This document shows, in pieces, positions 30,102 to 39,747 of a DNA stretch of 64,000 nt (position 1 is its first letter; every line of letters starts with the position of its first letter). The notes under the pieces were generated by a model. That model worked only from the letters and a program-made list of their open reading frames with translations. It did no database searches and was not told the DNA's origin. The position numbers were made by a program, and so were the translations under genes. This stretch comes from a bacterium (GTDB taxonomy: Bacteria > Zhuqueibacterota > Zhuqueibacteria > Residuimicrobiales > Krinioviventaceae), in contig OY843751.1 in assembly GCA_963693055.1 (NCBI GenBank), forward strand, positions 6,368,001 to 6,432,000. Direction: 5' to 3'.

Positions 30102-30758
30102 ATGGAACCTGGCAAAACAATATGGCTGAATAACCGGCAATTACTTTTGAAAAATTTACTCGGAAAGGGTAAATCCGGTTATTCGTGGCTGGTAGAGTCT
30201 GGCAATGAATTATTTGTTCTCAAAATGATTCATGATGAACCCTGCCCATATTATACGTTTAATGAAAGTAAGCTCAAGCACGAACTTGACGCTTATAAGG
30301 TTTTGAAAACACTTGACATTCCGGTGCCGGAGCTTTTGGATTATGATAGCGAAAAACAACTTTTGTTAAAGGCATATGTTGACGGTACAGTCGCCGGGAA
30401 TGCGGTTGCAAAAGGTAGAATTGATAGTTCCGTTTTTGAGCAGTTGGTATATGCCTTTCACAAAGCAAGATCGGCAGAGTGGAACCTTGATTATTTTCCC
30501 TTGAATTTTGTTATCACTGAACAAAAGCAGTTGATATATGTTGATTATGAAATAAACCCGTTCTCTATTGAATGGGATTTGTGGAACTGGGGTATATATT
30601 ACTGGTTAAATATGTGCGGTATGAAAGCATTTTTGGAAACCGGAGACCCGAAATATATCAATATTACAGCAGACAGCGGTTGCCCGATTACAACCGGCAT
30701 GGAATCTAAAGTCAGCGAGTTGAAGGCTATGTTTGAAAAACAGGATTATATAATATGA
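30102..30758 (+). CDS. Protein-kinase-like fold protein (small-molecule or RIO/Kdo-like)
   Basis: LLGKGKSGYS Gly loop, VLK lysine, DYFPLNF catalytic-loop-like segment, YVDYE DFG-equivalent. Confidence 0.6.
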   Translation: MEPGKTIWLNNRQLLLKNLLGKGKSGYSWLVESGNELFVLKMIHDEPCPYYTFNESKLKHELDAYKVLKTLDIPVPELLDYDSEKQLLLKAYVDGTVAGNAVAKGRIDSSVFEQLVYAFHKARSAEWNLDYFPLNFVITEQKQLIYVDYEINPFSIEWDLWNWGIYYWLNMCGMKAFLETGDPKYINITADSGCPITTGMESKVSELKAMFEKQDYII

Positions 30759-31351
30759 AGAATATGTGGGATGAAAGATATAATACATCTGATTATGGAT
30801 ATGGTACTGAACCTAACGCGTTAATTAAATCATTTATAGATAGCCATACTGCAGGTGAAATATTATTGCCGGCAGAAGGTGAAGGCCGTAATGCTGTTTA
30901 TGCGGCATCAAAAGGATGGGTGGCCCATGCCTTTGATAGCAGTACGGTAGGGCGTGATAAAGCATTAAAACTGGCTGCAGAACGAGGGGTAGAGATTGAA
31001 TATTGGATTCAGGATTTATTGTCTTTTTCAATCGAGGAAAACAGTTATGATGCTGTAGGCCTTGTCTATTCACACTTGCATGAAAAGGACCGCCGTCAGG
31101 TGCATCGAAATTTGATCAACTGTTTAAAGTCCGGTGGTTACCTGGTTTTGGAGAGTTTTAGTAAGGAACAACTGCAAAATGGAACCGGTGGACCCAGGAA
31201 TATTGATATGCTGTATAGTATGAATGAGCTGAAAACAGATTTTGAAAATATGGAAATTATATCCCTTGAGCAAAAAGATATCCAGTTGAATGCCGGCAGG
31301 TTTCACAAGGGTAAAGGTAATGTGATTCAACTGGTAGCAAAAAAGATCTAA
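30755..31351 (+). CDS. Class I SAM-dependent methyltransferase
   Basis: WDERY...YGTEPN, LLPAEGEGRNAVY, LKSGGYLVLE; ATGA overlap with the upstream gene. Confidence 0.9.
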   Translation: MKNMWDERYNTSDYGYGTEPNALIKSFIDSHTAGEILLPAEGEGRNAVYAASKGWVAHAFDSSTVGRDKALKLAAERGVEIEYWIQDLLSFSIEENSYDAVGLVYSHLHEKDRRQVHRNLINCLKSGGYLVLESFSKEQLQNGTGGPRNIDMLYSMNELKTDFENMEIISLEQKDIQLNAGRFHKGKGNVIQLVAKKI

Positions 31352-31405
31352 CAGGACCCTGGTCGCCACAGCAACCGTAAATACAAAACATTAAAAGCAC
31401 ACAGG

Positions 31406-32857
31406 ATGGATATTATGAAGACTGATTCAAGCTTTCACATGAGCCCGAATGAATTTAGACATTGGGGAAAAAAGATTGTAGACTGGATTGCAGATTATTA
31501 TGAAAATGTAGATAAATACCCGGTATTGGCTGATGTGGAACCGGGAGAGGTACGCGCAAAACTTCCGGATGCACCTCCTTTAAGTGGTGAAGATTTTGAA
31601 AAGATATTAAAAGATGTGGATGACATAATCATGCCGGGTATTACTCACTGGCAGAGCCCTGATTTTTTTGCATATTTCCCCTCCAATACGTCTGGGCCGT
31701 CAATTCTGGGCGAGTTATTGTCCGCTGGTCTGGGTGTACAGGGTATGAGCTGGGTAACGAGTCCTGCCTGTACTGAACTGGAAACCCATATAATGGACTG
31801 GATAGTAGACATGATGGGATTACCACAGGCGTTCAAATCCATAAACAGCGGTGGAGGTGTGATACAGGATTCCGCATCAAGCGCCTGTCTGACTGCTCTG
31901 TTGACCGCACGGGAAAAAGCAGCGGATTTTCAATGCAATACACAGGGATACAAGGGTGGTTTGGTTGCATATATTTCCACCCAGACCCATTCATCGCTTG
32001 AAAAAGCAATAAGAATTGCCGGCTTTGGAACGGACAATCTGCGCAAGATAGAGGTGGATGAAAATTTTGCCTTGATACCTGAAAAACTGGAAGTACAGAT
32101 TGCTCTGGATCGGGAAAATGGATTACAGCCTTGCTTTGTTTGTGCGACTGTGGGAACCACGTCTTCTAATGCTATGGATCCGTTACGAAAAATTGGTGAG
32201 ATTGCGAATAGGGAAAAGTTGTGGATGCATGTGGATGGCGCCATGTCTGGTAGTGCTGCGATATGCCCCGAGTACCGTCAGTATCTGGATGGATTGGAGC
32301 TGGCGGACAGCTATGCTTTTAATCCACACAAATGGCTGTTCACCAACTTTGATTGTGATTGTTTTTTTGTTAAAGATAAAGCTTCGCTGATCAATACCCT
32401 GAGCATACTCCCCGAATACCTGCGCAACAAGGCCACGGAATCGGGAGCAGTGATCGATTACCGTGACTGGCAGATCCCTTTGGGTAGACGATTTAGATCA
32501 TTAAAGCTGTGGTTTGTACTGCGGCATTATGGTATTGAGGGATTACAGTTTCATGTGCGTAAACATGTTGAATTGACACAGCAGTTTAAAAAATGGATTG
32601 AGGATTCACCGGACTTTGAGCTGATGGCACCGGTGCCGCTGAATCTTGTCTGTTTTCGACATGTTGGCGGGGATGATGTAAACAAAAAGCTCTTAGAAAT
32701 TGTGAATGCCACCGGAAAAATGTTTTTCAGTCATACTACTCTGAATGATAAATATGTATTGCGAATGAGCATAGGGCAGTCAAATACCGAAGAAAAACAC
32801 ATTCAGGCAGCATGGGACAGGATTGTAAAAGCCGCAGAACAGGTTGTAAATGGCTAA
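31406..32857 (+). CDS. Aromatic-L-amino-acid decarboxylase (group II PLP-dependent)
   Basis: PGITHWQSPDFFAYFP, SPACTELE, HSSLEKA, HVDGA, FNPHKW (PLP lysine), DYRDWQIPLGRRFRSLKLWFV. Confidence 0.93.
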   Translation: MDIMKTDSSFHMSPNEFRHWGKKIVDWIADYYENVDKYPVLADVEPGEVRAKLPDAPPLSGEDFEKILKDVDDIIMPGITHWQSPDFFAYFPSNTSGPSILGELLSAGLGVQGMSWVTSPACTELETHIMDWIVDMMGLPQAFKSINSGGGVIQDSASSACLTALLTAREKAADFQCNTQGYKGGLVAYISTQTHSSLEKAIRIAGFGTDNLRKIEVDENFALIPEKLEVQIALDRENGLQPCFVCATVGTTSSNAMDPLRKIGEIANREKLWMHVDGAMSGSAAICPEYRQYLDGLELADSYAFNPHKWLFTNFDCDCFFVKDKASLINTLSILPEYLRNKATESGAVIDYRDWQIPLGRRFRSLKLWFVLRHYGIEGLQFHVRKHVELTQQFKKWIEDSPDFELMAPVPLNLVCFRHVGGDDVNKKLLEIVNATGKMFFSHTTLNDKYVLRMSIGQSNTEEKHIQAAWDRIVKAAEQVVNG

Positions 32858-32990
32858 TCTTTTCTAATACCGGGGGAAGCAATAGCTGTTTTGCCTTGTC
32901 TAAATTCTATATATCATTTATGAGAGAGTGATTGGGAGCCATTTTTTGTGCTCCCAATCGGATTTGATTACAGACAAGGCAGGAGGAAAC

Positions 32991-33617
32991 ATGTCATTGC
33001 GGAAAGCGGCCGTTATCTGTTCGGTTATATTCTTTTTACTCGTAATCCAATTACAGGCAGAGATTGTTAATTTTGAAACTGGCTTGAGCACCATGCCCGT
33101 TACCTATGGTTTGTTCAAAGAGACACGAGGTGTATATATTGAGCCCAGTGGAATGCTTTGGGGCTTGAGTGTACCCGTGCCCGTTCCTTATTTTTATACG
33201 CATATTCGGATGCAGCGGGGTATCCATAAATCTTATCAAAAGGATTTTTTGTCCCGGGGTAGTGTATATAAAGAAATGGATGTGGATTATAATTCAAAGC
33301 ATGACGCAATAGAGCTTTTGATGGGAAGACCATTTATGTTGTTTGAAAAGATCAAAACTCTGCCGCAGTTGGGTATAGGGTACAGTATGGAGCAGTGCGG
33401 TAATGAAGCAGATGGATATTTTATGGAGAATTATTGGTTTGTTTCCGGATCGTTATTGTATATAGTCCCATTAGGCGCTGTTTCAGCAGGATTGCGAGTA
33501 CATTTACAAGTGGGTACGATAGATGTGGATTTTGAGGACTGGGAATATACATTCAAAGTACAATCGGGGTTGGTGTTTGGATTTTATAAAGGGTTTATTC
33601 AATTAATACAGTGTTAA
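32991..33617 (+). CDS. Hypothetical secreted, probable small outer-membrane beta-barrel (paralog A)
   Basis: AGGAGG RBS; signal peptide ending LQA-EIVN; alternating strands LPQLGIGYS, WFVSGSLLY, VQSGLVFGF. Confidence 0.65.
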   Translation: MSLRKAAVICSVIFFLLVIQLQAEIVNFETGLSTMPVTYGLFKETRGVYIEPSGMLWGLSVPVPVPYFYTHIRMQRGIHKSYQKDFLSRGSVYKEMDVDYNSKHDAIELLMGRPFMLFEKIKTLPQLGIGYSMEQCGNEADGYFMENYWFVSGSLLYIVPLGAVSAGLRVHLQVGTIDVDFEDWEYTFKVQSGLVFGFYKGFIQLIQC

Positions 33618-33627
33618 ATATGTGTAT

Positions 33628-33656
33628 AAAAGGGGAAAAGTGTCTTTCCCCTCTTT
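33628..33656 (+). terminator. Putative terminator
   Basis: AGGGGAAA-AGTGTC-TTTCCCCT followed by CTTT. Confidence 0.5.
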
Positions 33657-33703
33657 AGCTTTTCGAGTTATTTTCAGTTTAATTATTAGATAATAAAAGA
33701 TTT

Positions 33704-33832
33704 AACCACAGAGGTCACGAATAACACGAAGAGAAAGAAAAAAGTAGGTTAGTTGTTTGATTAATTGGTAATTGATTCAACTGATAGAAAAGAAATGAAG
33801 CTTGTTTTTGTATGTGCCTTTTGTATCCTTTT
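33704..33832. repeat. Inverted-repeat element copy 1 (right end decayed)
   Basis: AACCACAGAGGTCACGAATAACACGAAGAGAAAG...TGATAGAAAAGAAA...TGTGCCTTTTGTATCCTTTT. Confidence 0.7.
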
Positions 33833-33982
33833 CAAAAGTAATTTACTTTATAAGGAATTAGGAAAATTTTATTGGTTTCATTCTGTAAAAATAATATATT
33901 TAGTGGATAGTTAAACTTGGGGATTGTTATACCAAATTAAAAAAAGTCTTTTTTGTAAATGCAGTACAAATAGGAGGGTGTT

Positions 33983-34579
33983 ATGTATTCAAAAAAAGTT
34001 TTGGTTGTATGTTGTTTTGTTGTGTTATTTTTAATCTCTCCGTTAAAGGCAGAAATTGTAAATATTGAAATGGGAATGTGTTATTTACCCAATCCTACAA
34101 TAACCGTGTATCCTGGTTGTGAACTCGATGTAGGTTCCAGTGCCTTCTTGTTCGGATTTTCAATTCCTGTAAATATTCCTCATTTGGATGTACATTTCCG
34201 TGTAGAAAAAGCATATCATGATGCACCTACAATGAATTATTACGCGAAAGGAAAGTTATACTATACCAGTGATGTTGATTACTTGTATACCTATAACGTA
34301 AACGAACTATTGGTGGGGAAACGATTTTCGATCAATAGTGATTTTACCGGATTACCACAAGTTGGACTCGGTTACTCACACGAGAAATGCGGGAGTGATG
34401 AAAATGGTTATTGGGGTGAAGCTTTTTGGTTTATTTCGGGATCAATGCTCATTCAAAAGCAAGTCTCCAAATATTCGATTGGATTTCGTATTCATACCGA
34501 ATATGGGGTTCGAGATATAGATGACTATGAAAAAAAGTCTACACTGAAAATTAAAACAGGTTTGGTGTTTTCGATATAA
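33983..34579 (+). CDS. Hypothetical secreted, probable small outer-membrane beta-barrel (paralog B)
   Basis: Signal peptide ending LKA-EIVN; LPQVGLGYS, WFISGSML, IKTGLVFSI*; collinear with paralog A. Confidence 0.7.
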   Translation: MYSKKVLVVCCFVVLFLISPLKAEIVNIEMGMCYLPNPTITVYPGCELDVGSSAFLFGFSIPVNIPHLDVHFRVEKAYHDAPTMNYYAKGKLYYTSDVDYLYTYNVNELLVGKRFSINSDFTGLPQVGLGYSHEKCGSDENGYWGEAFWFISGSMLIQKQVSKYSIGFRIHTEYGVRDIDDYEKKSTLKIKTGLVFSI

Positions 34580-34619
34580 GAATTCCAGCTTAAATGTTGA
34601 TTTTATAATAAACAAAAAT

Positions 34620-34819
34620 AACCACAGAGGTCACGAAGAACACGAAGAGAAAGAGAAATGCAGGTCGAGAGTTTGATTTCTAATAATGATTTCATGGTTG
34701 TTATTTTGTGTGAATTATGTAAAAGACGGACTTTATATTAACCTCTATTGACAGTTGGTTACATTGATAGAAAAGAAAATATTTTGTTTTTTTTCGTGAC
34801 TTTCGTGTTCTTTGTGGTT
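34620..34819. repeat. Inverted-repeat element copy 2 (complete; MITE/REP-like)
   Basis: Left end AACCACAGAGGTCACGAAGAACACGAAG; right end TTCGTGACTTTCGTGTTCTTTGTGGTT is an imperfect reverse complement. Confidence 0.8.
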
Positions 34820-34844
34820 TGGACTTTGTTGAAAATAAAAAAAT

Positions 34845-34920
34845 AACCACAGAGGCCACGAAGCGAAAGATAAAATCAGGTTGGTTGCTTGATTTTTAAT
34901 AATGATATCAAGGTTGTCAT
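34845..34920. repeat. Element copy 3 (left arm only)
   Basis: AACCACAGAGGCCACGAAG...CAGGTTGGTTGCTTGATTTTTAATAATGATATCAAGGTTG aligns to the left ~85 nt of copy 2. Confidence 0.7.
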
Positions 34921-34942
34921 ATATTTAAATATTGAGGATTCT

Positions 34943-36586
34943 ATGAAAAAGTATTTCCCCCTTTTATTGATCCTGATGCTTACATTATCCTGCCAATCTA
35001 TTAATAAAGAAATTACAGTTTCAGTCAAGTCTTTGCAGGTGCCGGTATTGATCAATAAATCTAATAATCCGGTGTGCCGGATACAATTGACCAAGCCCGA
35101 ATCTGTTTCCGAAGCAAAAGTAAAATCCATGCATTTTTCGATCCAGGGGGGAGAAATCCAAACAGCCAGGCTCTGGTATATGGGTACTGATACTTTGCTG
35201 GAGGATGCTAATATTCCGATAAAGTTCGAAGAGGTTCAGCATCCTGATGAATCTCTGATCTTGAATGGAGAACTGGATCTGCAATCCGGTGAAAATACTC
35301 TGCTGCTTTGTGTAGATCTGGATCCTGAAACGGACCTTAACCACACCTTTTTTATTATTTGTGAAAAGATTGAATTTGCTGATGGCTCGATCTGGAGAAA
35401 TACAAATCCGGTTGAGATCAAACATCGGCTGGGTGTTTCCGTGCGGGATCATATGGATGATAATGTGCATACCTACCGAATACCCGGATTGGATACCACC
35501 AACAAGGGCACACTGCTGGCGATCTATGATGCACGACGTGAGAGCGGTCGGGATTTGCAGGGAGATATTGATATCGGTCTCAGCCGCAGTACGGATAATG
35601 GCCAGACTTGGGAGCCCATGCGTGTAGTTTTGGATATGGGTGAATGGGGTGGACTGCCGCAAAAATATAACGGCGTCAGTGATGCCTGTATATTGGTGGA
35701 TAAAAATTCGGATAAAATTTTTGTTGCCGGATTATGGATGTATGGAGTGTTGGATACAACCGGGAAATGGATCAAAGGGCTGGATGAAAACAGCACAGCC
35801 TGGGAGCACCAGTGGAGCCGAAAAGGCAGCCAACCGGGATGGGACGTCAAACAAACCGCGCAATTGCTCATAACGGAAAGCTCAGATGACGGGCAGAGCT
35901 GGAACAAACCCCGTAACCTGACTCGCATGGTCAAAGAGAAAGATTGGTGGCTATGGACCGTTGCACCGGGACATGGTATTACCCTGGATGATGGAACTTT
36001 GGTTTTACCGGGCGAGGGACGGGATGAGTCAGGAGTAGCGTTTTCAAATATTGCGTATAGTAAAGATGGCGGACTGACATGGAAAAGCAGCAATTTCGCA
36101 GGAACCCAAACCAATGAGAATATGGTCGTACAATTGGCCGATGGTTCCCTCCTGTCAAATATGCGTTATCCTGGAAACCGGGGAAATATGGGTGATGATA
36201 ATGGACGCGTGGTTTCTGTTAGCCATGATCTGGGTGAAACCTGGAACGAGCATCCTACTTCACGGAATGCATTGATTGAACCGGCATGTATGGCAAGTCT
36301 GCATAAACATATCTATTTGGAAAACGGTGAGCAGAAGCAAATCCTCTTGTTTTCGAATCCCAGTGACCGTAACAGCAGGCACCATATTACCCTCAAAGCC
36401 AGTTTTGATGACGGTGAGACCTGGCCCAAAGAACACTGGCTGCTGCTGGATGAAGGACGAGGCCGGGGGTATTCCTGTATAACCTCTGTTGATGATAAGA
36501 ATATAGGGATTTTGTATGAAAGCAGCCGTGCCGATCTTGTCTTTCAGCGAATTCCCCTTGAAGACATAATACGCTCCGAAAATTAG
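34943..36586 (+). CDS. GH33 exo-alpha-sialidase (lipoprotein)
   Basis: YRIPG motif; Asp boxes SRSTDNGQTW, SSDDGQSW, SKDGGLTW, SHDLGETW, SFDDGETW; GYS; LSC lipobox. Confidence 0.95.
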   Translation: MKKYFPLLLILMLTLSCQSINKEITVSVKSLQVPVLINKSNNPVCRIQLTKPESVSEAKVKSMHFSIQGGEIQTARLWYMGTDTLLEDANIPIKFEEVQHPDESLILNGELDLQSGENTLLLCVDLDPETDLNHTFFIICEKIEFADGSIWRNTNPVEIKHRLGVSVRDHMDDNVHTYRIPGLDTTNKGTLLAIYDARRESGRDLQGDIDIGLSRSTDNGQTWEPMRVVLDMGEWGGLPQKYNGVSDACILVDKNSDKIFVAGLWMYGVLDTTGKWIKGLDENSTAWEHQWSRKGSQPGWDVKQTAQLLITESSDDGQSWNKPRNLTRMVKEKDWWLWTVAPGHGITLDDGTLVLPGEGRDESGVAFSNIAYSKDGGLTWKSSNFAGTQTNENMVVQLADGSLLSNMRYPGNRGNMGDDNGRVVSVSHDLGETWNEHPTSRNALIEPACMASLHKHIYLENGEQKQILLFSNPSDRNSRHHITLKASFDDGETWPKEHWLLLDEGRGRGYSCITSVDDKNIGILYESSRADLVFQRIPLEDIIRSEN

Positions 36587-36708
36587 CTGGATTCTGCAAG
36601 AGCAGATAAATTCAATTTCCACTTGACTTGCTCTAAAAAAATTGATAACATGTAATGATAATTACCAAGTTACGTTTTGTCTTTTCTTGAATAATTAAGG
36701 GGCTTTTA

Positions 36709-37602
36709 ATGAACAGACGACTCTTGTCGCTGACCATTTTGATATCATTTGTATTTACATTCGTTCTGGGAGAATATGCCATTGTTTTTGCGCAGGAGGA
36801 TGACCACGTGCGCATTGCCATTGTTCCCTTTACTAACACAAATACTTTTGCAAGAGAGCAGGGATATGGTGAGGTTGTATCGGGCATGTTGATGACAGAA
36901 CTAATCAACAATAATATATTTCAGGTTGTTGAACGAAACGAAATCGACCGCATGATGCAGGAAATGGCATTCCAGTATTCAGGCGCAGTAAACTCACAGA
37001 CTGCAAAGCGAATTGGCGAGATACTGGGTGTAGATATTCTGGTGTTTGGTACGGTGGCAAAATTTAGTTTTCTCATTGAAACGGATATTCGTCTGGTGGA
37101 TGCGGAAAGCGGTGAAGCATTGATGGCAGAAAATGCGAGCTGCAAAGACGAGACCGAATTACGAGCTATGGTTAAGGATCTTGCTCAAAGGATAAATGAG
37201 CGATTTCAACAGCAATTTGAGGAAACAGTAAACATTTATTCCGATCCGTATGGCGCGGTAATTACAATTGATGGTAATGAAAAGGGTGTAACTCCGCTTA
37301 CCATCAAAATGTCAAGAGGCACTCACTCCATAACCGCCAGTATGAATGGTTATGTTGACTGGCAGCAGCAGGTAGAGATCGTATCTGGTGAGAACCATAT
37401 TGATGTGTATCTCGAAAAGGGTACGTCGGTTCAAAAACCAGCAGAACAGAAAAGTAAAAAAGGCAGCAAAATGTTGCTTTGGGTTGTTGGCGGAGCAGCT
37501 GTTGCTGCGGGAACCGTGTTTTTGTTAAACTCGAACAAAGATGATGATACGGAAAACAATACAACAAACTCTGATGTAACCATAATAACCACACTGCCAT
37601 AA
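36709..37602 (+). CDS. CsgG/TolB-N-like domain plus PEGA domain protein
   Basis: RIAIVPF...FQVVERNEID...AKRIGEILGVD; PEGA (SDPYGAVITIDG...GVTPL); C-terminal hydrophobic WVVGGAAVAAG segment. Confidence 0.8.
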   Translation: MNRRLLSLTILISFVFTFVLGEYAIVFAQEDDHVRIAIVPFTNTNTFAREQGYGEVVSGMLMTELINNNIFQVVERNEIDRMMQEMAFQYSGAVNSQTAKRIGEILGVDILVFGTVAKFSFLIETDIRLVDAESGEALMAENASCKDETELRAMVKDLAQRINERFQQQFEETVNIYSDPYGAVITIDGNEKGVTPLTIKMSRGTHSITASMNGYVDWQQQVEIVSGENHIDVYLEKGTSVQKPAEQKSKKGSKMLLWVVGGAAVAAGTVFLLNSNKDDDTENNTTNSDVTIITTLP

Positions 37603-37620
37603 GGATTTAACGGGGAAATT

Positions 37621-39546
37621 ATGAAAAGAATTTTTATTATAATTGCATTTATCTCTTTGGCATTCTTGTCATGCAGCCGCAAAACACCCCTCTCTGTCAA
37701 TGATGGCAGCAGTACAGTATCTTTTGAGATCCGGTTTCATGATAATGTGCAGTCTTTGTCCGGAATTCGGCCCCTGTCAAAATCCATGGAGATCACATCG
37801 GTTGTGGTTACTGTATCCGCGTCGGATATGACCATATTGACAAAAGAAATGACCCGTTCGGGGGATACTTTTACCGGCACATTAAGTGTCCCCATGGGCA
37901 ATTCCCGCAAGTTTCAAATAGAAGCATTAGACACTGCGGACATTGTTCAGTATTCCGGTTCTACGACACAAGATATAAGTCAGGCAGAAGAGCAGGTCAA
38001 TATTCAGTTGTCTGGTATTTATCCCGATCCGGTTGCGCTCCAAATTTCGGGATACAGTGGTTCAATCGTGACCTTGAACTGGGATGCAAGTACGGCAGTA
38101 GATTTTGGTTTTTATCGCATTACACGCACAACATCCAACATTGACCATGATATTAATGACCATAGTTATATGGATATCTCTACGAAATCTACTTTAACCT
38201 TTACAGACGATAATGTTACCCCCGGTAATACGTATTATTATGTATTGTGGGTAGTGGATACCGAGGGACTTGGTTATGGCAGCAGTGTACAAACGGTTAC
38301 AACCCCTACGTATTTATTTAAAGCCAATTTTCAAAATGGATGGATGGATTCCTTGGAAAAGGCCTTTATTTATATTTCCGATTTAAACGGCAATGTATGG
38401 GGAGAATCCGAAATAACATCCAGTACGCAAACAGTCACTTTTGATATTCCATCAGAGTTTATGTTATATCCGGAACGAATTTCTGTGACTACTGTCGTAA
38501 AAAACGGAACCAATTGTTATATTGAAAGCAATATGGATATTCCTATAGGAACAACCTGGACTTTTAAGGTATACCCATCAGATCAGCTTATGGATTATAA
38601 AGGTGATGTCACCTTCAATTTTAACAATGTGCCTGCGCATAAAGGTTATCTGGTTTCATCATTATGGAATTATTATACATCATCAACTGAAACAATATAT
38701 AATCCTTATGTTTATGATATATATACGAACCCGGTAGATGTTTATATCATGATTGATACGGATGCCTCTGGTCCCCAATATATGTGGTTGTACAATGCAT
38801 CGCCAGGCAGCTATTCTGTGGATATGAGCAATCTTGCAAATCCGGAAACAGCAACAGTAAACTTTACTAGCGGTACAGATGGAGTAAGGGCAAGGTTATA
38901 TGGTATAGCTACTGCGGGCAACAGATACAGTGGAGACTTTTGTGTTGATCGTTATAATGAATTTGGCAGCTTGACAGAATCAATCGAGTTTTCATATCCA
39001 CCGGACAGGTTTACTGATTTTTGTACAAGTTTATATGATTATGATTCATTTACAAACAATGTTTCAGCTTGGTGTCAGCTTACATATGGTGAAATTCCCA
39101 CAGCGTTTGACAGAGTGAATGCTGATTTTGAATTTATAACCACGCAACCGGATAATTTTGAAATTCAGACTAGTGGAAGTTTTGATGAAATATATTCAAG
39201 ATGGTATGAATATGATATAGGAACCGATTGTGACTTTTATTGGGATGTTTATGCTCCTCCTGAATTAACTTCTTATCAACTTCCGGGATTTTCGTCCCTG
39301 GTTTCCAATTATTTAAGCAGTGTGAGTGCAAATGATTTTGAACTGACCCATGCCGATGTAACCGATTATATGCAGATTGACAGTTTTCAGCAGCAGCTTG
39401 ATATTTATTTTAGTGAATCTGATTATTTATTTAATGTAATACCCGGTTATCGTATGCGTGCAAAATATATTGATTCATCATTGAAAAAGAGTTTTGATCA
39501 AAATAAAAAGCCGGTATATACCCATAAAAGAAAAGCAGTTTATTAA
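37621..39546 (+). CDS. Lipoprotein with Ig-like/fibronectin type III domain
   Basis: LSC lipobox; VTLNW...FYRITR...FTDDNVTPGNTYYYVLWVVD FN3 domain. Confidence 0.75.
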   Translation: MKRIFIIIAFISLAFLSCSRKTPLSVNDGSSTVSFEIRFHDNVQSLSGIRPLSKSMEITSVVVTVSASDMTILTKEMTRSGDTFTGTLSVPMGNSRKFQIEALDTADIVQYSGSTTQDISQAEEQVNIQLSGIYPDPVALQISGYSGSIVTLNWDASTAVDFGFYRITRTTSNIDHDINDHSYMDISTKSTLTFTDDNVTPGNTYYYVLWVVDTEGLGYGSSVQTVTTPTYLFKANFQNGWMDSLEKAFIYISDLNGNVWGESEITSSTQTVTFDIPSEFMLYPERISVTTVVKNGTNCYIESNMDIPIGTTWTFKVYPSDQLMDYKGDVTFNFNNVPAHKGYLVSSLWNYYTSSTETIYNPYVYDIYTNPVDVYIMIDTDASGPQYMWLYNASPGSYSVDMSNLANPETATVNFTSGTDGVRARLYGIATAGNRYSGDFCVDRYNEFGSLTESIEFSYPPDRFTDFCTSLYDYDSFTNNVSAWCQLTYGEIPTAFDRVNADFEFITTQPDNFEIQTSGSFDEIYSRWYEYDIGTDCDFYWDVYAPPELTSYQLPGFSSLVSNYLSSVSANDFELTHADVTDYMQIDSFQQQLDIYFSESDYLFNVIPGYRMRAKYIDSSLKKSFDQNKKPVYTHKRKAVY

Positions 39547-39747
39547 TAATTATTATAAATTCAGGGCTATCATATGTGGCATTTCTGTTTTTGATAGCCC
39601 TTTGTGTTTTCATATTTCTCCCTTTTTACAAGAGTAAATTTCCTCTATTATTGATCCGTATTCTCCTTTTGTATTGTGAAATAGAGATTTTCTGGTTAGA
39701 TTATTACTCTGACAAAATTATATTCCAGTCGCAGATATGGAGGGAAG

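Noticed and set aside
33704-34920. CRISPR array interpretation of the AACCACAGAGG repeats
   Set aside because: Only three imperfect copies with irregular spacing (about 900 and 225 bp), an inverted partner and no cas genes.
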